From a virus: a stretch of DNA of 64,000 bases. Of this stretch, positions 1 through 12,378 are shown piece after piece (position 1 is the first letter of the stretch; every line of letters starts with the position of its first letter). A program made the translations under genes and the position numbers. The stretch is from the IMG/VR virus record IMGVR_UViG_3300033072_000542. One strand, 5' to 3'. Under the pieces are notes generated by a model. The model was not told the origin of the DNA and made no database searches. It saw nothing but the letters and a program-made list of their open reading frames with translations.

Positions 1-3000
1 CGCTAGAAACTGTATAGTATTTACCACTATCTACACCATAGATGTATTTACCTGCAAGTGTTTTACCTGTCTCATTAATCAATGAAACGTTGGCTGATCC
101 AACTTCACTCACAACAACAAAACCTGGAGAGTATGATGAACCACCGGTAATCAAACTTGACAAGTTTGCTGCCAAATCAGAAATGGTGTTTGCAATCAAA
201 ACTGCTTCACCAGTTACCAATGTAGTATTAGTATTCAATGTAACTCTGTTAGGAACAACAACATATTTGTTCACATTGGTGTCATCAAAGAAAGAATACA
301 TCACAGTAGACGGACGCAATCCTTGCGAAGAGAACAATACTTGTTTAGACTTCATGTATGGCTGAATTGCCAAATCTGTAACAAAACTTCCAACATCAAC
401 CTGTGATGAAGATGTTGAGATTTGTTGCTGATTGAATTCTGCGCCAGCAGTTAAGTATGTGTTGTCGTTAACAGGCGCAACCATGCCATAGGTTCTACCA
501 CCTAGATGTGTTGATTTTGCTGATGTTCTATCAGTTGAACGAATTGTTTTATACCACTTACTATCAGCAATTTTAGCAAAAGGACTATTCTTATCGTCAG
601 CCCAATTTTGGTTTGAATCTGCAACATACTTGAATGCACTATTAATAAAATTAAATGCATTATCTAAACCTTCTGTTGAATTCAAAGTTACTTTAGCAGT
701 AACATTACTATCAACATCACCAGTGAACTCTGGGAATAGTTTTGTAGAACCTTTGAAACCAGCAAACAAAGCATTAGCAATTGGTAAAGATTTTGTTGCA
801 TATGGCTGTGATGCAAACAATGATTGTGTATAGGATACCATCATTGCTTTCTTAGTTCCTGCACCAACAATTGTTGCTGATCCTGATGATACAGAAGTGT
901 TAGCCTTCATACCAATCGTTCTCATCAATGATGCTGGATATAATCTACCAGAATCAATCAAATTACGATTATCGTTACCAACATCATTTACTGTGGCTTG
1001 ATTTGTAGTTGAGGTGAAGTTATCAACAAGAATACCATATTTACTACGTTCAAGACCATTGTTGTCCAAAACTTTAGTTGCGGCTGCATCCTTCTCTAAT
1101 GTGCTCAATGAAACATAATACTCAAGACCACGAATTCTGTCATCAAACGCCTGAATATCTTCCATTGTGTAACGGCGATGATTCTTGAAATCTGCACGAA
1201 TGTCTTTTACAGATTCTGTATAAGCAGGAATAGTCAATGTGTAAATCAACATGTCTTCCTGTTTAACTGGAGGAGCAAGAGGAGCAATAGCAGACTTTCC
1301 TGTTATGACAGCAAATTCTTTTGATGGTTTAACTACAACTTGGTCAATACGTGACAAATAGTAATCGTAGTTCATTGTGATTTGTTCCAATGGCTCAGGA
1401 TTCAATGCACCAGAAAGTGTTGAACCACCAATAGAACGTGTAGGTCTAAAGTCGAATGAACCACGTAGAGAACTGATTGATCCTTCTTCAGGATTTACAA
1501 AATTAGAAATGTCTGCATATGTGAAGTTTGATCCTGTCTGTAGATATGAATCTACTGTGAACAAACCATCACCGCTACCAGCAGGTGCTGAAATGTGTTT
1601 CAAATATTTGTATTGAACAAATACACGACCTGTGGGTGCTGAGTGACCACGTTTCAATTTAATTGTAGCGTGGTCATAGTGTGTTTTTCTTTGACCATTA
1701 TCAAAGTCGTAATGGTCTGTAATATTATATGCTGTGGTTAGCATAGCAGTTGTTACGTTAGATGTGCTTGATTTGGAATCATAGATACCAACAATTTCAT
1801 ACACATCAGGAACTTGCAAACTGACTGGCTTACCCGGTGTTCTAAGGTCAGTCAGAATAGCATCATTATCAAAGTTTGTTGCACCAACTGAGGTGAAGAT
1901 GGAACCACCACTAAATGTTGTAACTTCTCCGGAAGTGTTTGCGGCTTCTAGTGTATTTGCGCCACCCATTTCATATGGAACTTTAGCATGTAGATTTGCA
2001 CCAGTAATCAACGGAATTAATTGCTTACCACGGGTAGAACCATTTGAGCCACTTTCTGCGTTATTAACTTTTGTGGTAATCAAGAAGTCAACGTTAACGT
2101 TTGGTACTACCAAGTTAACAGTAAACTGTGTTGAGGAAACTGCCGTAACAGTAAAGTTATTATTCGCAAGACTTAGAATTGTGTTAGCGGCAATACCATA
2201 TTGTGTATTGCTTGATGTACCACTACGAACAAAACAAATAATGTTGTTTAGAATTTGTGAATCTGAAATAACACCTGGTGTTCCAGTAAATGCGAATGTA
2301 TCTGTTCCACCAGCATTAATTGTAATTGTTCCTGATGGATTTGTTGTTCTATTGTAGTATGGCTTTCTAACATACAAATCCATGTTAGAAATTGATGAAC
2401 CTTTAATTGCTTCGTATGGTGTATTGAACACAAGACTTGAACGTTTTGGTTCATTGATACTTGCAAATCCTGTAGATGTTTCTTTAGAATCGGAGTTGAT
2501 GTTACCACCAAATGCAAGATATGTGCCATCACTAGATACCAAAGATTCAGCATTACGGAAGTCAGATTCAATAGAGAATGAATTTCCGTTAGATACGCTA
2601 GGTATCATTGAAAGTGCTGTGCTTAATGTGATTGTGTTTGCTGATGCATCTGATGATGTAATTAGTCTAGGTGTATCACTAGACAACGAACCAGATGTGA
2701 TTCGGAAATACATGTTTGCATACGCATTAGAACCGATGCTATTCGGGAAACCTGCAGGCAATTTAATAACAGATGTTGTTGAACCTGTTGGAACCGTTCC
2801 TGTTATAGGTGCAGTATTTGCATCAAATGTATTGACTGTAAATGAATGTGTTGTACCATCAGCATTATCTGTGGAATCATTATAACGAATCATGTCTGCA
2901 CGAATTGTGCCAATCTTTGTAGCATTATATGCAGTTGTGCTCGACAAATTGATACTTGCATGTGGAACACAGTGGATATCCAAAGAAGGGAATGTTGTAA

Positions 3001-4121
3001 TATCTAATGTACCACGAACAGAATCCAATACTACCGAACTCTCATAGTTGGTAGGCAAATCATAATCCGCAACATTCGCCACGGCTCTTGCACGGTCAAT
3101 TTCAATTGTTGTAGGTGCAATAGTCTCAAACTCATAACCACCAACATAGGCTTTACCTGGATCCAAAACAACATTAAACTTGCCGTTAGCAGAATCACCT
3201 TCTTCTAGGGAAATTACGAATGGATCAATTGTGTAATTGCCAGATTCGTCATATGTGCGGCGAGCCAATGTTTTTTCAATTTCACTATAAACAGCATAAT
3301 CAATTTCTTTTGTTTTAACATCCTCAACGATACGAATAATCTCAAAGAATGATGATGTGTCAACAGAATCTAATGTTCTCTTAGATAATGTAGTTTCAAT
3401 TTGGAAACGATTTGCACCAGGCGCTTGATAGTTGAATGCGTCCTGTGCTGGATCCAACAAAGACGTATCATCAATTTCATCAATGATTTTTTCTGTAAAT
3501 TCAATACCAATCTTGTATGATGGTTTAGAGTTGACGGTTGAAGAACCATAACCAACACGATAGAATAATTCTACAACCAAGAATTGTGGTACCACTTTGA
3601 CGAATTGTCCTTTGAAGTAGTATACACCTTCCTGCAAACTTGCAACAAAAGAACCACCAACTGCGTTAGTAGTTTTCAATTGTGCAAAAATATTTTGACC
3701 TCTGATTTTAATTTCATCAGATTCTGCGAATACATCACCACTCAAATACTTGACAATCAATATAGGATTAGCAGTTGTTGTATCAACAGCAATAACCTTA
3801 GCACGAACATTCTTTGTGGAATTGTATGTAACGATTGTTTTATTCAAAAAATCTGAAACAACAATATCAGTATTGTTATATTGACTTTCCAAAACAATAT
3901 AGTTGGCTTTTCTGTCTAAAGAAATCTTACCACCAATGATTGGACTACCACTTTTGAAAATATGGTTACCAAACTTTTCGATTTGATTAGCGAGGATTGT
4001 TTGTAGTTGTGTTAACTCACGTGCTTGAACCGAATAACCAGGACGGAACAAAACACGCATGAAGTTTTTATCTTCATCAAAGTCATCGTAGTATGGGTCG
4101 TAATTGAAAAGAGTTGTCATT
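1..4121 (-). CDS. Large virion structural protein (>1370 aa, 3' end outside window), baseplate/tail-fibre class
   Basis: Manual reverse-complement translation from ATG at 4119-4121 (RBS GAGGAATAA upstream) gives an uninterrupted frame MTTLFNYDPYYDDFDEDKNF... across the whole region. The listed plus-strand ORFs here are shadow frames. Position at the end of the baseplate operon. Confidence 0.6.
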
Positions 4122-4130
4122 TATTCCTCG

Positions 4131-5459
4131 TTAGAAACTCAAGATGAAACGAATACGTTCCGTTTGTGCAGGGTCTCTTGTAATTGGTAACTTGTCAGAT
4201 ATGTATAAGATTTTTCCAGAGTATAATTCCAGCGTTGGTCCAGTAACGGAATTCACAACACGAATTGAACCAGAATTAAATCCTTTAAGTGCTTGATTTG
4301 ATTGAATTGTTCCACGAACATTATTCAGATACAATAAGTTTTGAACTTCATCGAACGATATAACCTCAGCACTAAAGGTTCTATCTGCATATGTTGTGCC
4401 TTGATAAACAATTTCATCATTATTAAAATCTCCTACACCAGGAGAAACTTTAATCTTTGTGTATAATGTATAACTCGTGTCAGTTGCAATTTCGCCTGTG
4501 CTTGCAACTCTAGGATTTTGCAACAATACAATTTCACGGAATTCGTTATCTGTAGGAAGATTTCCTTCCTCATTTTCCGCAAATTCAACATTAAACATAA
4601 TTGTTTTTGCTGACAGTTCATACACAGGATCATATCCATGTCCATCAGGAGGAGCAATAGAAACACTGGCAGCACCAGATGTTCCAACACCGCCAGTAAC
4701 ATCGGTGATTATGATATCAGCATATGTATAATTCATGCCTCTATCTTGAATGATAATATTCTGTATTTTACCACCAGAAACGTTTGCTTTAAGAACTGCA
4801 CCTGAACCATCACCATCAACAGTAATAATTGATTGAACTGTGCCGTCGGTATAATTATTACCAGAATTAGTTACAGTAACAATGTCGATAGAACCACCAA
4901 CTGCGGCAGCCTTAACGAATTTATTTGTTGAAACTGGCATCCAATCATCACTCAAAAACTTTTGTTTCTGTGTAGATGTTAGTGTATACATATACTTCCA
5001 CTTATATCCGTCGGCAGTCTGAACGTATGGTTCTTCAAGTGATGTTGTAGACAGAGATAATTCTGGCTCAGTCGTTGATGCGATTCCAGTGGAAACGTTG
5101 GATAGACACTTAAAAACTTGGTCTTTAGAATTCAACACATAGAAATTCGATGATGACTGATATGTGTTATAAACTGTATTGGATGTCCAATCATTTCTTT
5201 CAACAACGAGAGATGCATTTTCCAGACCTATCTGTTTAGCAAAAGCACCTCTTCGAAAGTAAGAACTGTTTCTATCCTCAGTATCAATAGGTGTCGGTGC
5301 AACCTCTGTTCCAGAATTCCATGGCTCATTTGCACCAATAAATGCATAGATGTATGATTTTCTAGATTCCGGAAGATATGAATTAGCACTCAAATCCAAC
5401 AAATTGTAGATTTGTTTCGCCAATAAAATTTTTAAGTTTTTAGTGATTAATGCAGCCAT
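4131..5459 (-). CDS. Baseplate wedge structural protein (gp8-like by size and position)
   Basis: 442 aa ORF in operon with gp6/gp7-like genes. Ser/Thr/Asn-rich structural composition. Confidence 0.45.
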   Translation of the reverse strand: MAALITKNLKILLAKQIYNLLDLSANSYLPESRKSYIYAFIGANEPWNSGTEVAPTPIDTEDRNSSYFRRGAFAKQIGLENASLVVERNDWTSNTVYNTYQSSSNFYVLNSKDQVFKCLSNVSTGIASTTEPELSLSTTSLEEPYVQTADGYKWKYMYTLTSTQKQKFLSDDWMPVSTNKFVKAAAVGGSIDIVTVTNSGNNYTDGTVQSIITVDGDGSGAVLKANVSGGKIQNIIIQDRGMNYTYADIIITDVTGGVGTSGAASVSIAPPDGHGYDPVYELSAKTIMFNVEFAENEEGNLPTDNEFREIVLLQNPRVASTGEIATDTSYTLYTKIKVSPGVGDFNNDEIVYQGTTYADRTFSAEVISFDEVQNLLYLNNVRGTIQSNQALKGFNSGSIRVVNSVTGPTLELYSGKILYISDKLPITRDPAQTERIRFILSF

Positions 5460-5466
5460 GTCTTAT

Positions 5467-8241
5467 TTATCTAATTTTTCCAACGTTTGCTGTTAAATAT
5501 CTACCATTTCCTAAAATGGTTGTGCGAGTTGTGATTGTGGTGTTATTAACTGTGTTTGCGATTATTGTAGAATCAAATACAATATTTGCTGTAACCGAAG
5601 TTGAGGTCAAATTGATAGTCGAACTCAAATATGCCAAAGTGGAATTTGCCACTTGTGTTACTGTTACTGTGTTGCCAGTAGATAATTCAAGAACATCACC
5701 CTCTTGCAAATCATTGATGAAGTTGACGCTATTTGCGGCACCAAACAAGATGTTTGAACCATTAACAACATTAACTGTATTCTGTAACGTTCTTGTTAAT
5801 CCACTCAAAATAATGGTATCTCCAACATTTATGGTGTTGGCTAATCTGGCACTACTATTTGTGGAAACAATATTTTTTGCTCCATACGCAACATTAAATG
5901 TATCACCGTATGTGCTGAATGTTATATATCTGATAGTTTCACCATAATCCACGTTGATAGGATTATCATCTATTCTTGTGACAAATGTTTTTGTGCCCAA
6001 CGGATGAACGATATCTTGGAGAGGCTTTTTGAATCTATTATAGTCAGTCTTAGATTTAATGATATAAGAGAAGTTATGGTATTTGTTACCATCCTGAATC
6101 TTCTTATCCGCACTAATTTGACCATCAGTATTCAGATAGATACCAGGATATCGAATCAAACCATTTTCAAATTTGGCTGAGGCTTTTGCCTTTCCGTCAC
6201 CATAGAATGTTGATGAAACTACATTTGCTGTGGTCAATCCATCATCAGATATCAGCAATTTTGTTTTATCTAATGTTCCCTTATAATCAAACAAACGTAA
6301 GAATCCTGTTGATGCAACGTATGAATCAACCTTCGCACTAAATGTTGTGTTTGTATTGGAAGTTCCTTGGTATATCAAAGTATTGGAAACAAAAAGTTGT
6401 CCAGTTGTCACATTGGATAATGTTAGGTCGGCATTTCGCAATGAAATGATTGGTGAATCTGTGTAATCGTATCCATAACTATAGATTCTCAATTTAGAAA
6501 TAGCACCGATTCTAGATGTTGTCATATCGAATGCTTCACCATCACCAGTAATTTCAGATATACTTAATACTGCATTAGCACCAGATGATGTGTCAATCGT
6601 AATTGTTGGCAATTCTGTTGAAGAATATCCTTCACCACCAATAATATAGTCACCATTATCTTGAAATTGAACTGCCTTAATACCATTATTGGCATGAACT
6701 TCAGTAATCATGGCGTTTGCGCCATAACCAGAACCACCAGTAAATACCAAATATTCACCAACTGTATATCCATCGCCAGGATTTTCAATTTTAATTCTAC
6801 CTAATGATCCAAGATTTTTAATATCTCGGCGCATAATCTTATATAAAGAAATGCCTGGAATATCATTTGAGAATGATTGGTTGAATGTTACACGACCAGA
6901 TGTGACTGCGGTAACAATTCTAGTCGCCTCAAATCTATTTTTCAAAAAGATTCTAGCCAAATCACCAACTTCGAAAGATAGCGTCAAATCTGTTGATGTG
7001 CTGGTAATGTAATTTGTGTCCTTCAGAATATTTGCGCCAGTTAAAACCAAAACATCCTCTTCATCTTCCAGATACAAACTATAAATGTCTGTTGAAGGTT
7101 TTGCTCTATATCCACCACCCTGATTGGTCAAAGTGACTGATGCGATAGAATATAAATTTAATGATTGTTGGTTTGTGACTTGAAGAATGGTATTCGAATT
7201 TATTGAAGCGATAGACTGTGTGTAAATTGTTTCAATAATCGTGTTGGACACATTAATCACACGATAATTTGCTTTGTCCATCAAATCAATTTTTGCTGTG
7301 GCTTCTGTACCCAATGGAGCATTATCGAAGCCACCAATAAATCGGAAGATGGATGAATTGGCATATTCCGTTGGATTTCTAAATCCAAATCCACCATTCG
7401 TCACCATCAAATCTGTAACACCACCTTTTGTGGTTTCGCCAACATATGCAATAGCACCAATAGGTGTATTAGAGTTTGGATTCAAACCACCAACAATAGT
7501 TACAGGATCACCAGCATAACCTATTGTCGGATCATATGGATTATAATATAATCCTCTATTCTGTGGATCAATACTAATTTCAGATAGAGCACCAATCAAA
7601 CGACCAGAAACTGTAACGTCAGTAACACCATTATTGTATGTTGCTGTAACAACTTCACCAGTTTGAAATAAACGTTCAACGTTCGACACATAAACTTCAA
7701 TATAAACGATACCGAGTTGACGATCCACTGAGCGAATAACTCTTTCAACGAGAGCAGTTGATTTGGAAGTTTGACCTGTCAGAATACACTTTTCAATATT
7801 ATAAATGTTTTCGTCTGTGGTATCAATTCTCAATGCTAATGGAAGAACCCATTTACCATCTGAAGTTTTTAGAATATCTTCTTTAGGATAGTAAATGTCA
7901 ATATTCTCATTGTATAGTGCTTTGAACAAGAACTTAACGGAATCTGGTGTTCCACTTGAGCGATAGAACTGATGGATAAGTTTCAAGAAGAGTGCTTTGT
8001 CACCAGCAATATCTGTAGGGAAATAAGGTGTTAAATCTTTTCGTATTTGCTCAATGTAAAAATCATCAGCAGTATCAATATCTGTGGATTTTTGGAGTGC
8101 GTCCAACTCATAGGAAACTTGATTGTTAGTTTCCAGCCACTCATAATACTTCTCTAAGAATGTGACGAAAATGGGATAATCGTCACGGACGAAACTCGGT
8201 AATTGTTGTTTTACCAGTTTAGATGTTAGAACTTCTTGCAT
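5467..8241 (-). CDS. Baseplate wedge structural protein (gp7-like by size and position)
   Basis: 924 aa ORF directly downstream of the gp6-like gene, with stop/start overlap at 8241. Confidence 0.45.
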   Translation of the reverse strand: MQEVLTSKLVKQQLPSFVRDDYPIFVTFLEKYYEWLETNNQVSYELDALQKSTDIDTADDFYIEQIRKDLTPYFPTDIAGDKALFLKLIHQFYRSSGTPDSVKFLFKALYNENIDIYYPKEDILKTSDGKWVLPLALRIDTTDENIYNIEKCILTGQTSKSTALVERVIRSVDRQLGIVYIEVYVSNVERLFQTGEVVTATYNNGVTDVTVSGRLIGALSEISIDPQNRGLYYNPYDPTIGYAGDPVTIVGGLNPNSNTPIGAIAYVGETTKGGVTDLMVTNGGFGFRNPTEYANSSIFRFIGGFDNAPLGTEATAKIDLMDKANYRVINVSNTIIETIYTQSIASINSNTILQVTNQQSLNLYSIASVTLTNQGGGYRAKPSTDIYSLYLEDEEDVLVLTGANILKDTNYITSTSTDLTLSFEVGDLARIFLKNRFEATRIVTAVTSGRVTFNQSFSNDIPGISLYKIMRRDIKNLGSLGRIKIENPGDGYTVGEYLVFTGGSGYGANAMITEVHANNGIKAVQFQDNGDYIIGGEGYSSTELPTITIDTSSGANAVLSISEITGDGEAFDMTTSRIGAISKLRIYSYGYDYTDSPIISLRNADLTLSNVTTGQLFVSNTLIYQGTSNTNTTFSAKVDSYVASTGFLRLFDYKGTLDKTKLLISDDGLTTANVVSSTFYGDGKAKASAKFENGLIRYPGIYLNTDGQISADKKIQDGNKYHNFSYIIKSKTDYNRFKKPLQDIVHPLGTKTFVTRIDDNPINVDYGETIRYITFSTYGDTFNVAYGAKNIVSTNSSARLANTINVGDTIILSGLTRTLQNTVNVVNGSNILFGAANSVNFINDLQEGDVLELSTGNTVTVTQVANSTLAYLSSTINLTSTSVTANIVFDSTIIANTVNNTTITTRTTILGNGRYLTANVGKIR

Positions 8242-10313
8242 TAAACTTGTACCGTTTTAACAATAATACTTGTTGGATCTTCGGTGTCTAGCACCAACAT
8301 TTTATTTAATTTTGATTGAATGATGTTAGATGCTGGCTTGAAATGCATCAGAATGTCACCAAAATCATTATTAACTGCGATTGGTGCGAATTCTGAGATT
8401 ACAATTTTACCCAGAACATAGTCGATTGTTCCAGCGACACCGCCATTCTTAGATTGATTAATAATAACTTTAGTGCTTTGGCTACTTACTTCATCAGTTT
8501 TGTAGTATGCAATTCTAAGTTGACCATATCTACCTTCCAGAACCGCGGATGCTTCAGCGAGTTGACCACCTCCGCCAACAATACGAATAGCGGCAGTTGT
8601 GTAACCGATACCAGGACTTGTAACGTCAATCTTGGATAGTTTGCCATTCACAATAGTTGCTACTGCGGTAGCACCTTCACCATCACCAATAATTTCGATT
8701 GTTGGTGTAGTTGTATATCCATAACCAGTATTTGTTACTGTAACAGATTCTAAACCTGTATATGATGATGGAATCTCCTCAAAGAAGCACTGGCGTGAAA
8801 CACCATTCTCATCGACCATGGTGAAGTCTGGTGAAGAGTAGAAGTTATTGGTATTCACACCACGACTAATCTCAAATCCAAAATCTAATGTGTATGAATC
8901 ACTATTAGTCAAAACTGGACGAAACTTTTTAGCAACATATAAATCCACCTCATCCGAGATGAATGATTTGTCATAGTTGTAAATTGTTGCTTCAAGCCCG
9001 GTGTAATTAAAATATGTGTTAAATTTATTTAAGTTCGTTGTCGAATATGATGTGATTAAATTTCTCACAGCAGTTTTAATTTGATTATCTGTTAAAGATG
9101 TTTTGGCTTTATTATAATAAATTGTAGCATCAACAGTCAAATAATTGTAATCAACATCAACGATTTCTGGTGCAACAGTCAAAACACTAATAGGTTTAAG
9201 AATATTTTGTTTCACATATTCCTTCTCCGTTTGTGTAACTTCGAATCCCAATTTAGGCTTTGCAGCCACAAATACTTTACCATAAACTGGTGGATTTTGT
9301 TCTTCTCCGCCCCAAACGTTTACGGCTTCAAATGCAGGATATTTTTGTTGAATCAAACGAATGTAGTCGTTCTTAGTTACTGCACGGTTTTGTGCAAGTA
9401 GTGATAAAGGTGCGGCAAACTTGATTTGGTCCACAGTTTCACGAACTGTGCCGCCCGAAGCACCACTCAAAGATACCACATCAACGTTTGTATATCCACC
9501 AATGCTAGTTGAAGCGATGAAATTATTTGCTTTATTCGATGCTTCACCAGAAGTAATCAAATACTCAAGTGTGACGATAGCACCATCATTCAATTTTTTA
9601 CCTAGAATTCCATCACCAAAGAAAACTTCATAGTTTCCATTTTGTCCTTCTTGGAGGAAATAAACTTCGGATGTGCTAGACAAGTCCAATTCATTCGATG
9701 ATAGAGTATGAACAGTAATATCAGTATTTCCAAATGATGGACGAACAGAAACTTTTAATGTGCTTGTATCCGCATTCACATCAGGAATAGTAAATATTTG
9801 TTTTGGATTTGACGATTCGTTATGGGTGTAATTGTATGTTACATACTCACCTTCATAGATTGGCACAGAATTGAATGTGAATGTGTTACCACTTTTGGAT
9901 ACATTTCTAGATTCTAGTGTGATGAAATTGTATGCTTTACCATCAATTTGATTGGAAATCAAAACATAGTTCTTTGGTAGTGTTAATGTTCCGCTTCCAC
10001 CTGTTCCAGTATCAACCACAATATTAACAATTGCTCTCGGTGCAGTTATCGAACGTGGTGTATATCCAATACGTTTCGCATGTGAAACTACAGAGTTACG
10101 CAAGACTGCTGAATCCATAAATGATTCGTTGGCAATCATATTCAAATAATATGCGTTGTAGTGGGTGTTGTATGCCAAAATGTCCATCAAGACATTTAGA
10201 CCAGAACCTTCAAAATCATAGTCTTGGAATTCCGACTGTGATTTTAGGAATGTTTTTAGGTTGGTTTTGATTGTATCAAAATCAAGTGCGGTTACGTTTA
10301 AGCGGTCTGCCAT
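8241..10313 (-). CDS. Baseplate wedge subunit, gp6-like (baseplate J family)
   Basis: 690 aa ORF immediately downstream of the gp25-like gene. Size and synteny match T4 gp6. Confidence 0.55.
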   Translation of the reverse strand: MADRLNVTALDFDTIKTNLKTFLKSQSEFQDYDFEGSGLNVLMDILAYNTHYNAYYLNMIANESFMDSAVLRNSVVSHAKRIGYTPRSITAPRAIVNIVVDTGTGGSGTLTLPKNYVLISNQIDGKAYNFITLESRNVSKSGNTFTFNSVPIYEGEYVTYNYTHNESSNPKQIFTIPDVNADTSTLKVSVRPSFGNTDITVHTLSSNELDLSSTSEVYFLQEGQNGNYEVFFGDGILGKKLNDGAIVTLEYLITSGEASNKANNFIASTSIGGYTNVDVVSLSGASGGTVRETVDQIKFAAPLSLLAQNRAVTKNDYIRLIQQKYPAFEAVNVWGGEEQNPPVYGKVFVAAKPKLGFEVTQTEKEYVKQNILKPISVLTVAPEIVDVDYNYLTVDATIYYNKAKTSLTDNQIKTAVRNLITSYSTTNLNKFNTYFNYTGLEATIYNYDKSFISDEVDLYVAKKFRPVLTNSDSYTLDFGFEISRGVNTNNFYSSPDFTMVDENGVSRQCFFEEIPSSYTGLESVTVTNTGYGYTTTPTIEIIGDGEGATAVATIVNGKLSKIDVTSPGIGYTTAAIRIVGGGGQLAEASAVLEGRYGQLRIAYYKTDEVSSQSTKVIINQSKNGGVAGTIDYVLGKIVISEFAPIAVNNDFGDILMHFKPASNIIQSKLNKMLVLDTEDPTSIIVKTVQV

Positions 10314-10315
10314 TT

Positions 10316-10720
10316 TTATCTAGTTCTTTGTAAGAAAAATTGTATGGATATTGGTTCGGTACGATTGACGATGTAGAATTGCATACCGATACTATAAGAG
10401 TTATTGTCCACATCTGGTGAAACTGTTATTGTTTCCACAATAACTCTAGGCTCATAATTATTGATTGTCTGAAGAATCTCACGCTGGATAGCGGAAGCGG
10501 TGATGTTGTCCATATTTTCGAACAACAATCTCTGAATATTTGAACCAATCTCTGGCTGGAATGGTCTCTCATAGTGATTTGTGAGAATCAAATTCTTCAC
10601 AGAATTGATAACTGCCATTTCGTCCACGTGTTTAGTCACATCCTTTCTGACTGGATGCGCTGTGAATCGTAGGTCTAGGTCTTTGTATTGACGGACTTTA
10701 TTTGCTTGAATTATTGCCAT
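10316..10720 (-). CDS. Baseplate wedge subunit gp25-like (GPW/gp25 lysozyme-like)
   Basis: 134 aa. Motifs RPFQPEIGSNIQRLLFENMDN and NNYEPRV align to T4 gp25 (RPFDPEFGCDLSDQLFENMTP, RNYEPRI). Confidence 0.8.
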   Translation of the reverse strand: MAIIQANKVRQYKDLDLRFTAHPVRKDVTKHVDEMAVINSVKNLILTNHYERPFQPEIGSNIQRLLFENMDNITASAIQREILQTINNYEPRVIVETITVSPDVDNNSYSIGMQFYIVNRTEPISIQFFLQRTR

Positions 10721-10730
10721 CTGTTATTTA

Positions 10731-11555
10731 TTAAGTATTTGCCAGATTATTTACCAGTGTCTCAGTTCCAATATAATTATTTACGAGGAATGTTTGTGTG
10801 TTTCCTAGATTATTAAATCTGTTTAGGACCAAATAATCATTCACAACTTCAACGGATTTTGCATAAAAATTCCAGTCATGTGTTCGTCTAGTGTTAATCA
10901 AACTGTTTGCAGTATTGATATGACTGGCGATTGTCACGGCTTGAGCCTGTGTCAGATAGCACTTACTATTTGGTCTAACCAAAGAACTGATTGTCACGTA
11001 GTCCTGATTGATTGTTGTGTTATTTGCCGAAAGTTCATTTCCAATAAACAAACTGGTAAATGAACCTAACATAGGAGTTGTGTTGGAAACACCATCACTC
11101 ACATTAGTAATCCTCAGCATCTGTTGACCTATCGAAACTGCCAAGTCGTAGTCTGGAATAGAAGCCGCATTAGCGGATTGGACTCCAAGACCTGAGATAT
11201 TGTCTGTGTGTGACTTGAATGCAGATAGTTCAATAATATAATTATTTGCCGCATCCGATATCGCTTGCACATAAGACACATTAGTTATCAACGGAAAATT
11301 GTTTGCTGGATCATTCGTTGTGATTGCTTTGATAGCAGTCACATTGGATGTTAGTGTCGTGCAAACACCGGAATGTGGATTTTTCACATATGTGCTTTTA
11401 TTTACAGAACCAGTTCCTAGAGCAGTCAACTGCCAATCAGGAATAGTAACTGGTGCCGCATTTAGTGTTTTCAAAGCACCAGAAGTCAAATACTGTGCAT
11501 CACCAAATGCATTAGTATCAAAGTTGAATCCTAGTCTGCCAAAAACACTACTCAT
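10731..11555 (-). CDS. Baseplate structural protein (hypothetical)
   Basis: 274 aa ORF in the baseplate operon. RBS ACGGAG. An upstream TAATAAATA late-promoter-like motif is present. Confidence 0.4.
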   Translation of the reverse strand: MSSVFGRLGFNFDTNAFGDAQYLTSGALKTLNAAPVTIPDWQLTALGTGSVNKSTYVKNPHSGVCTTLTSNVTAIKAITTNDPANNFPLITNVSYVQAISDAANNYIIELSAFKSHTDNISGLGVQSANAASIPDYDLAVSIGQQMLRITNVSDGVSNTTPMLGSFTSLFIGNELSANNTTINQDYVTISSLVRPNSKCYLTQAQAVTIASHINTANSLINTRRTHDWNFYAKSVEVVNDYLVLNRFNNLGNTQTFLVNNYIGTETLVNNLANT

Positions 11556-11583
11556 AATAACTCCGTATTTAAGTTCATATTTA

Positions 11584-12378
11584 TTACATCAATGGAATAG
11601 GTGGTCCACTAGGACCTTTTGGTGTTGGATGTGTGTGGACATCATATGTCAATCTGATTGCTTCCATTGTGCCACGAACGTCTTGAGTGATGATACCACT
11701 AATCAATGGCGCATTCACACTAGCCGTAGCAGTTATCACACCAGGTAATCCAGCAGATGGAAATCCAGCAGAGATACCACCCAAAGTTGAAATGCCAGCA
11801 ACTGGATTTGTTGAGCCAGGAACACCAGCATGAATACCTGTGCCTGCTGTAACTGCGCCACGTGAATACACAGATTCACCCGCAATACCACCATCAACTT
11901 CTAGGTCTGATAGAATATCAACCTCATCTTTAGCAACGATTCTTAGTGTTCCTCCACCAGCATTAATATTAATATTACCACCTGATGTTTGACGAATCTT
12001 TTTCTTCACAACTTGTTCAAAATTACCTTGAACTTCTTGATAGTAGTTACCCTCGATGCGTTCAACCTTATCACCTTTAACATTAACAACACTATCACCT
12101 TCAATAGTGACGGAACAGAAACCACTAATCTTAACATAATTGTTCATGGCGACAATCTCATAATTATCACCCACGATTTTATTTACACGTGTTCCGTCTG
12201 GTTGAACTTCCGTGAAAGTTCCAGTTCTATGTTGTGTTCTAATACGCTCTGCACCAGGAGTATCATCCCATTCCTGAAAGTGTCCAGATTCTGTTTCTGT
12301 AACGTTGTTGTATGGATATTTGGACGCAAATGACGATTCAGGTTCTGTCCATGAATATGTTGTAGGATCGACTGCCAT
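11584..12378 (-). CDS. Baseplate central spike / beta-helix tip protein
   Basis: 264 aa. Gly/Val-rich repetitive C-terminal half. Ends with an HTHPTPKGPSGPP motif that resembles the metal-binding apex of gpV/gp5-type spikes. Confidence 0.45.
   Translation of the reverse strand: MAVDPTTYSWTEPESSFASKYPYNNVTETESGHFQEWDDTPGAERIRTQHRTGTFTEVQPDGTRVNKIVGDNYEIVAMNNYVKISGFCSVTIEGDSVVNVKGDKVERIEGNYYQEVQGNFEQVVKKKIRQTSGGNININAGGGTLRIVAKDEVDILSDLEVDGGIAGESVYSRGAVTAGTGIHAGVPGSTNPVAGISTLGGISAGFPSAGLPGVITATASVNAPLISGIITQDVRGTMEAIRLTYDVHTHPTPKGPSGPPIPLM

Noticed and set aside
42-2885. Plus-strand ORFs of 107-167 aa (42-365, 630-833, 1377-1616, 1893-2357, 2382-2885)
   Set aside because: They lie antisense to a continuous >1370 aa minus-strand structural gene that I translated manually. 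They are shadow frames.
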